Of a DNA stretch of 64,000 nt, positions 1 to 9,212 are shown piece by piece (position 1 is the stretch's first letter; every line of letters begins with the position of its first letter). Under the pieces are notes generated by a model that was not told the origin of the DNA, ran no database searches, and saw only the letters and a list, made by a program, of their open reading frames with translations. Origin of the DNA: Patescibacteria group bacterium (lineage in GTDB: Bacteria; Patescibacteriota; Minisyncoccia; Minisyncoccales; GWA2-38-27); contig JAHCRG010000007.1 of assembly GCA_020148045.1 (NCBI GenBank), positions 22,914 through 86,913 of the forward strand, written 5' to 3'. The position numbers and the translations under genes are program-made.

Positions 1-575
1 TAAAGGGCGTAAGGAGAAATCTCTCCGGACCAATAGATATGCATAGGATTTATAGAAATAAGAAAGGAAGAAATTAAAGCTATTTTCGGTCCAAACATAC
101 TCTGCGTTAACTTGAATAGCGCGATTATAGTTAATGTTCCCCAAAACAAAGATAGTAATCTCAAAAATGTCTCATTTGTACTGAATCTACTTAAAAGAAA
201 TAACATAAAATTGTATAAAGGTTGATGGAATAGGTTGATAGATATATCGTGAAATATTACTTCTTTTACATTATCGCTAAGAACGCTTGGTAAATAATAA
301 TAATGTTCTCTTAAGCCCATGTCTGCACCCGTATTAAGTCCAATAATACGGAGAACAATACCGATGAGCACTATACCTGAAAGAATATAGAGCTGCTTCT
401 TGTCTACTTTTTTCCAACGGGACATATGGCTGGAAAAAGATAAGGCCCTATATTTTCTAAAGATTAAATTCGAGATAATAGATAGCATAAAGGTATTTAA
501 ACAGAAAAAAACCGCCATTAGCTTTATGGCTGAAGGGTTATAAATATGCCTGTAGTTAACAAAGGGAAAGCTCAT
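1..575 (-). CDS. polytopic membrane protein, possible GT-C (ArnT/PMT-like) glycosyltransferase; 3' end runs off the window
   Basis: Absent from the ORF track because it is open at the window edge. My minus-strand translation from the ATG at 575 reads MSFPFVNYRH...MSRWKKVDKKQLYILSGIVLIGIVLRIIGLNTG...LISINPMHIYWSGEISPYAL with no stop down to base 3. It has several hydrophobic spans. An alternative ATG lies at 425. Confidence 0.35.
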   Translation of the reverse strand, partial: MSFPFVNYRHIYNPSAIKLMAVFFCLNTFMLSIISNLIFRKYRALSFSSHMSRWKKVDKKQLYILSGIVLIGIVLRIIGLNTGADMGLREHYYYLPSVLSDNVKEVIFHDISINLFHQPLYNFMLFLLSRFSTNETFLRLLSLFWGTLTIIALFKLTQSMFGPKIALISSFLISINPMHIYWSGEISPYAL

Positions 576-592
576 AATCCCTGCTCTTTATT

Positions 593-2179
593 TTAGTGGC
601 TTTTTACATTTATCTCGAACTCTTCTGCAACTTTTATTATCAAGTCATTATCGGCTAACAGTCTTTTTTCGAATTCTTCGGATAACGAAGGATTTGGGAT
701 ATAATCTTTATACCCAACCAATAAATAACTCCTTTTGCCTAATTCTGTTCTTTCTCTTAAATAACCGCGTGCAATAAAACCGGCTTTCTGTAAATTGGCA
801 AAATATTGTTTAAGGAATCCGCTTCTTTTATGCCTTGAGCCTTCTATCGCTATGGCAATAACACCTCCTGGCTTCAGTTTGTTTTTGATTTGCTTAAATG
901 ACTGGACAGAATATGAGAAATGAGATGGGGCAATGAATCTTCTGAACATTCCAAATTTACCCCCGGTATTAATAATATAGATTAAATCGTAGTCCTGCCC
1001 AACTGTTTCGAGATATCTGTTTGCTTCCATAGTAACGCATTTTACATTTTTTCTTAAAAAGATATTTTCATTGCTTTCCGGGCACTCATTCTGTAAGGCA
1101 TAGATAATTTCAGATATTGGCTCCAGGGCAATAACTTCTTTAGGGTCAAAAAACAAGGCATACTTAACCTGCATTCCACCCCCTGCGCCAATTATTATTA
1201 TAGAAGAATTTTTAGGAAGAAGAAGAAAAGGCAATATATCAAGGCTCTCTTGAATAGAAGGCGGTGAAGTTAAATAGCTTGTATAGGCCCAATTGAGTCT
1301 GCCATTATACAGCCCATATAAATATCTGCCGGATTTTATTAACCCTAAGTGGCAGTATTTAGTCCACTTTTGAAACAGGATTTCCGTAACATCAAAGGTA
1401 TTATCCCTTTCGCCAAACTTAGTGTTTAGTGGTTTCATGGCAAATTCTTTATTTAAAATAGATTTTGTGCTGAGTGCACCATTGCCTTGAATAAAAACAA
1501 CAAATTTGTCTTCAAAATTAGAAGAACCTGTAGATAAAAAGTATAAAACAACAATGCAGGCCATCCCAAATAAATATCTTTTAGCTAAAGCGGTTGTGTT
1601 CACTAAGAATTGAATAAATAATAAGCTCAGGAAACTTAAAAGTATTGTTTTTATTAATCCGATATAGGGAAAGGTAAAGTTTGCAAAGCAATAAGCTGCA
1701 AAGGCCCCTAAAATAGATATGCCGTAAAAATATTTCCTTTTCTTTAGCTTTCCCTTTGCCAATTTGTATGCACTGTATTCCGATGCGCTCCATGCAATGA
1801 AGAATGGAGAAAACAAAAGTAGCTCACTTATCCATAAAAGACCTAACGATAAAAAAGGAAAGTGGTCTTTAGCTATAAAAGTTGAAAGAGGGTCGGCAAT
1901 TTTTAGGCAAACGGTAAATCCTAAAAGAGAAAATAAAAGGGCGATTTGCAGGAATAAATTGCTTCGCAGCAAATTTATTTGGGATTTTGCAAAACACTTT
2001 AAAGTAATTATTCTGCCTATTGGGATACAAAAAACTAAAAAAAACAAAAGTACCGGCATCAATGCAACAGTAAATGAAAGCACTCTAAAAATACAGATAA
2101 GAAAGAGTACGCTGCCAAATGCAAGCAGGAAAAACGCCAAGGCAAATGGAGGCTTTTCTATTCGTTTATTCTTAATCAT
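593..2179 (-). CDS. membrane-fused spermidine-synthase-like (class I SAM-fold) protein
   Basis: 528 aa. The N-terminal half has many hydrophobic helices. The C-terminal half has the Rossmann glycine loop IIIIGAGGGMQ followed by EVIALEP, typical of spermidine-synthase-like folds. Confidence 0.55.
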   Translation of the reverse strand: MIKNKRIEKPPFALAFFLLAFGSVLFLICIFRVLSFTVALMPVLLFFLVFCIPIGRIITLKCFAKSQINLLRSNLFLQIALLFSLLGFTVCLKIADPLSTFIAKDHFPFLSLGLLWISELLLFSPFFIAWSASEYSAYKLAKGKLKKRKYFYGISILGAFAAYCFANFTFPYIGLIKTILLSFLSLLFIQFLVNTTALAKRYLFGMACIVVLYFLSTGSSNFEDKFVVFIQGNGALSTKSILNKEFAMKPLNTKFGERDNTFDVTEILFQKWTKYCHLGLIKSGRYLYGLYNGRLNWAYTSYLTSPPSIQESLDILPFLLLPKNSSIIIIGAGGGMQVKYALFFDPKEVIALEPISEIIYALQNECPESNENIFLRKNVKCVTMEANRYLETVGQDYDLIYIINTGGKFGMFRRFIAPSHFSYSVQSFKQIKNKLKPGGVIAIAIEGSRHKRSGFLKQYFANLQKAGFIARGYLRERTELGKRSYLLVGYKDYIPNPSLSEEFEKRLLADNDLIIKVAEEFEINVKSH

Positions 2180-2182
2180 GTT

Positions 2183-2788
2183 TTAATTATTCAGGTTATA
2201 AGATTTTAGCAAAAGCCTGTAATAGTGGTCTGTTCCCTCTAAGGACACGCTTCCAAATTCCTTTACAATGCCTATATTTGGGGCTTGCCATACAACCGAG
2301 TAACCATTTGGTCGTTCATAGTAATATTTGTAACATCTAAAGCTCCCGGCTGGTACAGTTACTTTTTCATTTGTTGACTTTATGGTCATTCGCTCGCCTT
2401 TCCCAAGTTCATAACTTTCTCCCGCAATACCGGGATACTTAAATACCAAAACCGGAGACGCGAACATGCCATATTCTAAAAAAAATTGTCGGCCAAGAAC
2501 GCCATATGAAAATAAGCCACCTTCTTTATTTTTAAAATGCTGGTAATAATGCTCTGACTTGCTGGAGATATCTACAATATATACTTCATCGCCTTTTAAC
2601 TTCTCGGTCTTTATTACCTCAATATAATATTCTGGAGATTGGTAACCATGATAAACCCAGTTGTTCCCTACTGCTAAAGGCCAAACTACATTTTCTGCCT
2701 TTTTGTCTATCCGGTATTTTAGTTCATAATTCCAGCATTCTATTAAGAGCAGCAATATTGCTATTCCAATAATAGTATTTTTTTTCAT
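2183..2788 (-). CDS. exported/anchored hypothetical protein, paralog family member 1
   Basis: 201 aa with the signal/anchor MKKNTIIGIAILLLLIE. It shares the motifs WPLAVGNNWVY, VPAGSFRC and WQAPNIGIVK with 4569..5288 and 9199..9975. Confidence 0.6.
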   Translation of the reverse strand: MKKNTIIGIAILLLLIECWNYELKYRIDKKAENVVWPLAVGNNWVYHGYQSPEYYIEVIKTEKLKGDEVYIVDISSKSEHYYQHFKNKEGGLFSYGVLGRQFFLEYGMFASPVLVFKYPGIAGESYELGKGERMTIKSTNEKVTVPAGSFRCYKYYYERPNGYSVVWQAPNIGIVKEFGSVSLEGTDHYYRLLLKSYNLNN

Positions 2789-2793
2789 AAAAT

Positions 2794-4518
2794 CTAGCTA
2801 TATAGTAATGCACGGACCTTAGGAATTTTTCTCATCCATACAATAATTGATATAAAAAAGACAAAAGCGGCTGTGCCGATGAGGAAAGAATTCGGCAGGT
2901 AATACATAGTTATCTCTCGATTATATCTATTTACCGGAATGCCTATTAACCCACGGTGATTAATGACTTGGCCCTGAAATGAATGCCACCCGGGAAAATA
3001 ATTCTGATTTATTACTAAAATATCCTCCTCTTCTACAGCTATACTAAATTTGAGTTTGTTCGCAGAGAAGTATATCTGTTCTACCTTCCCCGAATTATTC
3101 AATAAAAAATACTCTCCCCTATAACCCTGCCTTTCTCTTGGAATAACTTTTGTCTGGATCTGGCTTCCAATATTGTCATACCCATACACCAGTCCTTGAT
3201 TATTATAGATACTTTCAAACATTTTTTTGCTATTGCCGCTAGACTGGGAAAATGCACTTTCTCGATTACTTAAATTATATCTTATTATTGTGCTCTCTTT
3301 AAAAATTTTTCTAGCGCAATTAAAGACATTGAAAGAAATTAAAGAGAATAAAATTAGGACAGCGAAGAAAGGCAGTTTAAGCAAGCGCGGAAGTCTCTTC
3401 TGCAGTTCCTGTATTACCAGGCCCAAAGATAACGATAACATTGCAATTAATGGCCCAAAGAATTTTTTAGGCTCTTTAAACGCACTTAGAAAAAAATGCA
3501 AAATCCGCCATAAGTTGACCGGGCTATTGTCACCTAAGGCCAGTAAAAGGAAAATCGCATTTATAGCTACCAATATCTTGTATTTGCGCCATAATAAAAA
3601 AACGCTTAAGACAAACAAAGAAATCGTAATAATTGAAAAATGATACCCGATCATCTCTTCATTTATGAATCGCGAAGCAATATATGTATTCTCTCTTGAG
3701 AAGAAAAAGTGTCTTAGTTCAAGTAATCCCGCATATATATTATTCATATTAAGAAAGCCGGGAAATGGCGGCAATCCTGTATGGCGGGGGTATTGGTTTA
3801 ATAGTTCCAGCATAGGAAAAAGCTTTATGCCTCCCAAAAAGAGAACAAATAAAGCTATTTTTAATAATAATAAAATAAATTTTGCTTCTTTTTTAACAAT
3901 TGCATAATAAATTGCATCGATAGATATTATCATACACGTCATAATAAAAATATAAATATTTCCCGCATAGATAATGAGGGCAAGAAGAACTGAAGCAACT
4001 AGGAGATATTTTTTTTGAATCTTGCTTTTCTGGAAGAATAAATATATCCAAGGAAGGAAGGATATATTTAAAAATGTAAATCCGCCAACAAAGGTTAAGA
4101 TATTAAAAATGTTTAAGAAGAAGATAGAGCTTAATAAGCTTAAGATATAGCCTAGCCCATAGTGGCGTGACAAAAAATACATGCCTAGTAAACCCGTAAC
4201 TGCTTGAATAAGATAAATAATAATTGTTCCTTGAATGGTTCCAAAAAATAATATAAATATAAAATAGGGCGATAAGAAGTCTGAGTTAGGGCGAGCTAAC
4301 CATGGGGTCCCTCCGCTTAGATAAGGACTCCAGAGAGGAAACTGACGATAGAATAAAATAGTTTTTCTTTGCAGTTCATGGAAAGTAAAATATTTATCCC
4401 AGTCACACTGGTCAAGCGGTTGAAAACCGGAAAAAACAATTATCCACCACAATAATGCGATGGCAATAATAATAAAAATTGAAATCAAATCTTTTTTCAG
4501 CCGTAATTTATTCCCCAT
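2794..4518 (-). CDS. large polytopic membrane protein, YfhO-like glycosyl-transfer candidate
   Basis: 574 aa with more than 10 hydrophobic segments. The C-terminal soluble part, NQNYFPGWHSFQGQVINHRG, resembles the YfhO-family tail. A final TM helix is present. Confidence 0.4.
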   Translation of the reverse strand: MGNKLRLKKDLISIFIIIAIALLWWIIVFSGFQPLDQCDWDKYFTFHELQRKTILFYRQFPLWSPYLSGGTPWLARPNSDFLSPYFIFILFFGTIQGTIIIYLIQAVTGLLGMYFLSRHYGLGYILSLLSSIFFLNIFNILTFVGGFTFLNISFLPWIYLFFQKSKIQKKYLLVASVLLALIIYAGNIYIFIMTCMIISIDAIYYAIVKKEAKFILLLLKIALFVLFLGGIKLFPMLELLNQYPRHTGLPPFPGFLNMNNIYAGLLELRHFFFSRENTYIASRFINEEMIGYHFSIITISLFVLSVFLLWRKYKILVAINAIFLLLALGDNSPVNLWRILHFFLSAFKEPKKFFGPLIAMLSLSLGLVIQELQKRLPRLLKLPFFAVLILFSLISFNVFNCARKIFKESTIIRYNLSNRESAFSQSSGNSKKMFESIYNNQGLVYGYDNIGSQIQTKVIPRERQGYRGEYFLLNNSGKVEQIYFSANKLKFSIAVEEEDILVINQNYFPGWHSFQGQVINHRGLIGIPVNRYNREITMYYLPNSFLIGTAAFVFFISIIVWMRKIPKVRALLYS

Positions 4519-4568
4519 AATTTCAGAATTGAAAAGTTATCTAAAAATTCATAAAGATAATCACAATG

Positions 4569-5288
4569 TTAGTAGTGAGGCTTTGCATAATATTTGTTTG
4601 GGCTTGAACATTTTTTAAGCATCTTTTCATTCTGCTGCTCTTGAGCTTTCCCAGTACTGCCGATAAACAATATTTTTTCTTTAACTTGAACATTTCCTAT
4701 GCCCTTTGCGAGAAAGAGTTCTTCTGTAATACGCAGCGCTGTCTTCGCCTTGAAAACAAAAAAAGTAGAAATTTTTAAGCAATTCTTAAATCTACCTGCG
4801 GGGACACTGATATCTTCAGTCCCTTCCAACTTGACTTCTCTTTCAATTATGCCTTCCTCAATTAACCTATCTTTAGTGTCGTAAACTTGCATTTTCGAAT
4901 AACTGTTATATTCCCGGCCTATTTGTAGCCTGCGGGGGAAAAACAGCAAGCCGGAAGAACAGATTATATATCTATCGGCTTCTTTAATTTTATACAAATA
5001 AATACCTTCCCCTTCTAAACTGTAGTAAAAAATAGGAAATCTGTCTTTATCTGGTTGAAAAAGATACGCCTCCTTATTATTTAACTTTTCTTTCGAGGCA
5101 ATTGCGCTAACGCTGTTAATCTCAGATCCTTTTTTGCCTTCTAGAAAATGCCAACCTTGATATTGCCACTCAAATCCAACATCCATGGGAAAATAGCTAG
5201 AGATATCGAAAAACCTTGCTGTTAAGAAAATATAACTTAAGGCAAAAGAAATGCAAAGCGCAAAAATAATTAAGAAGGCCTTTTTCAA
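4569..5288 (-). CDS. exported/anchored hypothetical protein, paralog family member 2
   Basis: 239 aa with the signal/anchor MKKAFLIIFALCISFALS and the motifs FPMDVGFEWQY, VPAGRFKNC and LAKGIGNVQVK. Confidence 0.6.
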   Translation of the reverse strand: MKKAFLIIFALCISFALSYIFLTARFFDISSYFPMDVGFEWQYQGWHFLEGKKGSEINSVSAIASKEKLNNKEAYLFQPDKDRFPIFYYSLEGEGIYLYKIKEADRYIICSSGLLFFPRRLQIGREYNSYSKMQVYDTKDRLIEEGIIEREVKLEGTEDISVPAGRFKNCLKISTFFVFKAKTALRITEELFLAKGIGNVQVKEKILFIGSTGKAQEQQNEKMLKKCSSPNKYYAKPHY

Positions 5289-6076
5289 TCTCTCTCACCC
5301 TTCTTTTTCTTGGCTAAAACCATCGCTGCTCCTATAGCTGCAGTTAATTGCGGAAGAGCAAGCCTTTTAATGTCCATCATAATCTCTTCTTGTAAAGCAA
5401 ATAACAAGTTATTATTCTGCGCGGGGCCGCCGTCCAGATAAATCTCTTGCTCAATATATAATCCTCGCATCAGGTCAGATAGCCTTCTTGCTATAGACTG
5501 ATGTATTCCGGATATAATATCTTCTTTCTTGGCTTTTTTATATAAAAGAGATGCTATTTCGCTTTCAACAAAGACAGCACATGTGCTATTGATGCTAACT
5601 GCCTGGAGATTCTTTCCCTCTAAATTCCCAAATTCATTAATGGGGGTATCTAATATCCTTGCTGCCTTTTCAAAAAATCTACCTGTTCCTGCTGCACACT
5701 TATCATTCATTCTAAAATCCAATGTTTTCCCATCGGAACGAATTTTAATAACCTTGATATCTTGTCCCCCTATATTGACTATTGTCCTGGCAGTTTTATT
5801 GCTTAAATGATAGGCCGCTGTGGCAATTGCTGTAATTTCATCTACTTTTTTTTCTGCTGCTGGGAAAATCCGTTTTCCATAACCTGTAGTAGCGATACCC
5901 GAGAGTTCTCGTTTTTGTATGGAAAGCGCCCTTAGTCCTTCTTTTAAGAGTTCTTCCGATATCTTAAAATTGCCAAAAGTTGCAGGAGCAACTTTTGACC
6001 AAAGCAATCTATTCTCCTCATCAATAAAGACAACCTTAATCGCGGCTGTTCCCAAATCAATGCCTGCTATTAGCAT
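5285..6076 (-). CDS. BcrAD/BadFG-family ATPase, 2-hydroxyacyl-CoA dehydratase activator (HgdC-like activase)
   Basis: 263 aa with GIDLGTAAIKVV (ASKHA phosphate-1), NDKCAAGTGRFFE (the cluster-bridging Cys region typical of activases) and DGGPAQNNNL. Confidence 0.8.
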   Translation of the reverse strand: MLIAGIDLGTAAIKVVFIDEENRLLWSKVAPATFGNFKISEELLKEGLRALSIQKRELSGIATTGYGKRIFPAAEKKVDEITAIATAAYHLSNKTARTIVNIGGQDIKVIKIRSDGKTLDFRMNDKCAAGTGRFFEKAARILDTPINEFGNLEGKNLQAVSINSTCAVFVESEIASLLYKKAKKEDIISGIHQSIARRLSDLMRGLYIEQEIYLDGGPAQNNNLLFALQEEIMMDIKRLALPQLTAAIGAAMVLAKKKKGERD

Positions 6077-6091
6077 ATAACTCTCCCTCTT

Positions 6092-7321
6092 CTAGTGAAG
6101 TGTCTCCTTAAAGGCCTCAAGCCTTAATAATATGCCCTCTTTATCCTCTACAGAATAATCTGTCTCTATTCTTATAAAATGATAGCCATTCCTTTTTACT
6201 GCTTTTTCGAAACTAAAACTCTCCATATCAAAAGGATGGCATCCTTTAAAGACATGATAGACCACACCTTTTATGTTACGCTCTTTCATTGCTACTAAAG
6301 TATTCTTTATTTTGCGCTCATTATCTACGAATGTAGGGCAGGTACAAGAAAGTTGGTACCTCTCTGCTACGGCTCTAAGAAGTTCATATTCAGAGGTCCC
6401 ATCGTAAACTATGCTATTAAAAAGCCTTTCGGACGTACATAAACTGTCGGCTACAATAAACATGCCTATCTCTTCAATTAATTCAGAAATCTTCAAATGC
6501 GGGAAAAACAAAGGGGAGCCAGCAAGAAATATTTGTGGTTTTTCATTATGGCCAGAATTATTATAGCTGTTAAGAAGTTTGTTTGTATTTTCTATCCAGG
6601 ATTCAACATCATCCAGCATAAAGGCATTGGCTATAATAATACTCCATGTACCAGAAATTAGCCCCTTGCACCGCAGTTCGATTAAACGACTGAATGTTCC
6701 CCAGGCCCTCATATATTTATGGATCGAGCTCAAAAAATTCTTACAATTTAATTTCTTTTTTGTGTATCTTTCTAGATATCTTTTCAAATCATAGGATTCC
6801 TCCAGCCATCTTTTTTGGCTTTTTTCGCTTTCCTTCGCATGGGGTAATTCCATCTGGTAAATGTGTTTTTTCTTTTCCTTTATTATCTCGGGAATCTTAA
6901 CTCTCCAGTCACAACTAGTAGGCATTACTACTAGGTCGCACAATTTTTCTAATGATTGTTCTAAATGGTAGGGGCTGACAGAAGATTTAATCACAGGACA
7001 AGCTAAAATAGGTAAAAAGGATGACGAAAGTTTTTGCACGCATAAGGATCCGCTGCATAATCTAACGGGATGGAATCCAAATGCATCTAACAGTTCTAAT
7101 GGAACACTATTGCAGTAAAGACCGGCAAGAGGATTTTTAAATCTTTCCTTAAATCTTTGGGGATAAAGTGGCAACGAAAGGACTTCTAAAAAATATTCAA
7201 GTTCCTTAATAAAGTCGTCCCTTGTTTTGAGGGAAGCAATTTCTCTTTGGGTTTCCCTGAGGACCTCCTGGTAAACTTTTTCCTGCATTTTTCTGTTTAC
7301 ATTCCCAGGCAAAACTACCAT
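6092..7321 (-). CDS. 2-hydroxyacyl-CoA dehydratase family (HGD-D-like) protein, single subunit
   Basis: 409 aa and Cys-rich (LYCNS, LACPVIKSS, MPTSCDW, CTCPTF). Its size and its adjacency to the activase fit the HgdA/B-like family. The ATG overlaps the upstream stop (ATGGTAG). An alternative start is M12 at 7288. Confidence 0.55.
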   Translation of the reverse strand: MVVLPGNVNRKMQEKVYQEVLRETQREIASLKTRDDFIKELEYFLEVLSLPLYPQRFKERFKNPLAGLYCNSVPLELLDAFGFHPVRLCSGSLCVQKLSSSFLPILACPVIKSSVSPYHLEQSLEKLCDLVVMPTSCDWRVKIPEIIKEKKKHIYQMELPHAKESEKSQKRWLEESYDLKRYLERYTKKKLNCKNFLSSIHKYMRAWGTFSRLIELRCKGLISGTWSIIIANAFMLDDVESWIENTNKLLNSYNNSGHNEKPQIFLAGSPLFFPHLKISELIEEIGMFIVADSLCTSERLFNSIVYDGTSEYELLRAVAERYQLSCTCPTFVDNERKIKNTLVAMKERNIKGVVYHVFKGCHPFDMESFSFEKAVKRNGYHFIRIETDYSVEDKEGILLRLEAFKETLH

Positions 7322-8304
7322 TGCAATCTATGCCTCCTTTTAAACCAATCGGAAAAGTATTTTTTTGAGGAAGAAATAATATTTTTCTTTAGGAATGTGG
7401 CAGATAATGCCTTATCTTGCGGACATGCCTCTATGCATTTTAAGCAGAGATTGCAGTTTTCTTTAAGGACATCTTTCTCTTTTTTCTCTAAATACACTTC
7501 TTTAATATCCATGGGGCACACGCGCCAACAATTTCCGCAACCAGTGCAAGAATCCGCCTGCTTTTTAAGCCGGGGAAGACCAATTCTACGAAATGTATCA
7601 AAGAGAGCTCCAACAGGACAGATAAGGCAAAAGATGCGATCTCGGAACATAATTCCTACTAATACAATCCCTGCCAAGGCCGAGGTAGCAATACTTGTCC
7701 AAAATCGTTGTATGCCAACAGTAAAATCAACGGCCTGGTTTAAGAAATTCCCTTCAAATGGCGGTAGAAATAGCTTAACCGGGCATATCCTGCAATATGG
7801 CGGGTCGATATCTCTGGGGAAATCGCTAATTAAGTAAAAGTGGACACCTAAGAAAAGTATTAGTAATATATATTTAACTATCCGCAAATTTCTCTTTGTC
7901 CTATAAGAGATTTGACACTCTCTAATTGAAAACCTTCTTCTCATTGAGGCAATCCAATCCTGAAATGTGCCGAATGGACAAGCCCAACCGCACCAGAATT
8001 TACTAAATATTAAAGCAACTACAAAGAAGCTTAGGAATAAACGTAAATATGCACCGGAACAACGCCAAATAATAGTATATCCGGGGAAAGGCATCATTCC
8101 TCTCTCCTTCTCCGGATCCATTTTTATTCCATATTGCAATCGCTGTAGTGGCAATAAATAACAACCGCCGCCTAAATAGCTGTCATTGTTAGAACATTGC
8201 TGAGCGGGAAAGAGATTGCCAGCCCGCAGCCCAAGATAACCACCATAAATTAAAAATAAAAAACTTAAAATTTGGATTAAATAACGAATTCGATAAACTT
8301 TCAT
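7315..8304 (-). CDS. NapH/MauN-type integral-membrane polyferredoxin
   Basis: 329 aa with TM helices, two CX3CP motifs (CGWACPFG, CLICPVG) and two ferredoxin motifs (CTGCGNCWRVCP, CNLCLKCIEACP). Confidence 0.8.
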   Translation of the reverse strand: MKVYRIRYLIQILSFLFLIYGGYLGLRAGNLFPAQQCSNNDSYLGGGCYLLPLQRLQYGIKMDPEKERGMMPFPGYTIIWRCSGAYLRLFLSFFVVALIFSKFWCGWACPFGTFQDWIASMRRRFSIRECQISYRTKRNLRIVKYILLILFLGVHFYLISDFPRDIDPPYCRICPVKLFLPPFEGNFLNQAVDFTVGIQRFWTSIATSALAGIVLVGIMFRDRIFCLICPVGALFDTFRRIGLPRLKKQADSCTGCGNCWRVCPMDIKEVYLEKKEKDVLKENCNLCLKCIEACPQDKALSATFLKKNIISSSKKYFSDWFKRRHRLQW

Positions 8305-9212
8305 AATTTAGATTTCTTTCTTGCAATAATTGCGCCAGTAAGCGAAAGAACAACCGACAAAATAAATATAGTGGTACCCTTTTTCATATCTAGATCCCTT
8401 CTTTGCGTGGCTACATGGCACTTGTGTTTAAATAAAACTGTGTAAGCATATTTATAGACTATGCTGCCTAAGATACGTTCTGCAACGACTAAATTTTGGC
8501 CAAAGCCCTTTTGTCCTTTTTGAAACGCTCCCGGATTCCGAGGAATATAGAAAAAACTACCATTTTTATCTGTCTTTATTTGTTGAATATTTCCGGAATT
8601 ATCAATTACATCCACCTCTTGATAGCCAAAGGGCTTCTTGTCAAAGGCCACTGTAAGCCTTATAGGAAAACCAAACCTGCGATAGAGGGTATTACCTTCG
8701 TTTATATGCTCTCGATAAATAACCATATCAAACCGATTGTCAGTCTCTGTCGGGGAATACCTGCTCTCTCCACCCAAGCTCTTGCTATTGCCAAAGAGGA
8801 AGAAAGACGCCTTTGCCAGAAAATGGTATTTTATTTCTCTTTTAAATTTCTTTCCCTTGACTAAAACCGTATACCTGTTTGTGTCTGTTGAATTAATACA
8901 AATATATGGCTTATTCTCTTCCGTTCCAATCTTTAGTTTATAAAAAATTATTTCATTCTTTTTGTCTTTTTTGTCAAATGTATAGATTGCCTCAAGCGCG
9001 TCTAATTGGGAAATATCCTTTTTTTGGTCAGGGAACTGACCATAACAGATATATAGCAATTGAGTTACACTGCCATCTTCATTTTTAACCTCATTGCCAT
9101 ACTCGAGCCAGAGATAATCATCCTTCAGCAAACTTCCATGGGCCTTTTGGGCGCCTATGCTCGTTAAGTTAAGAAAAAGAACTATTGCTATAACTAAATT
9201 ACTCCGCATCAC
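8301..9212 (-). CDS. exported protein with C-terminal membrane anchor, function unknown
   Basis: 303 aa with the signal peptide MMRSNLVIAIVLFLNLTSIGAQKAHG and the C-terminal TM GTTIFILSVVLSLTGAIIARKK. The beta-rich segment DVIDNSGNIQQIKTDKNGSFFYIP looks like a transthyretin/CarboxypepD_reg-type fold. Confidence 0.45.
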   Translation of the reverse strand: MMRSNLVIAIVLFLNLTSIGAQKAHGSLLKDDYLWLEYGNEVKNEDGSVTQLLYICYGQFPDQKKDISQLDALEAIYTFDKKDKKNEIIFYKLKIGTEENKPYICINSTDTNRYTVLVKGKKFKREIKYHFLAKASFFLFGNSKSLGGESRYSPTETDNRFDMVIYREHINEGNTLYRRFGFPIRLTVAFDKKPFGYQEVDVIDNSGNIQQIKTDKNGSFFYIPRNPGAFQKGQKGFGQNLVVAERILGSIVYKYAYTVLFKHKCHVATQRRDLDMKKGTTIFILSVVLSLTGAIIARKKSKL

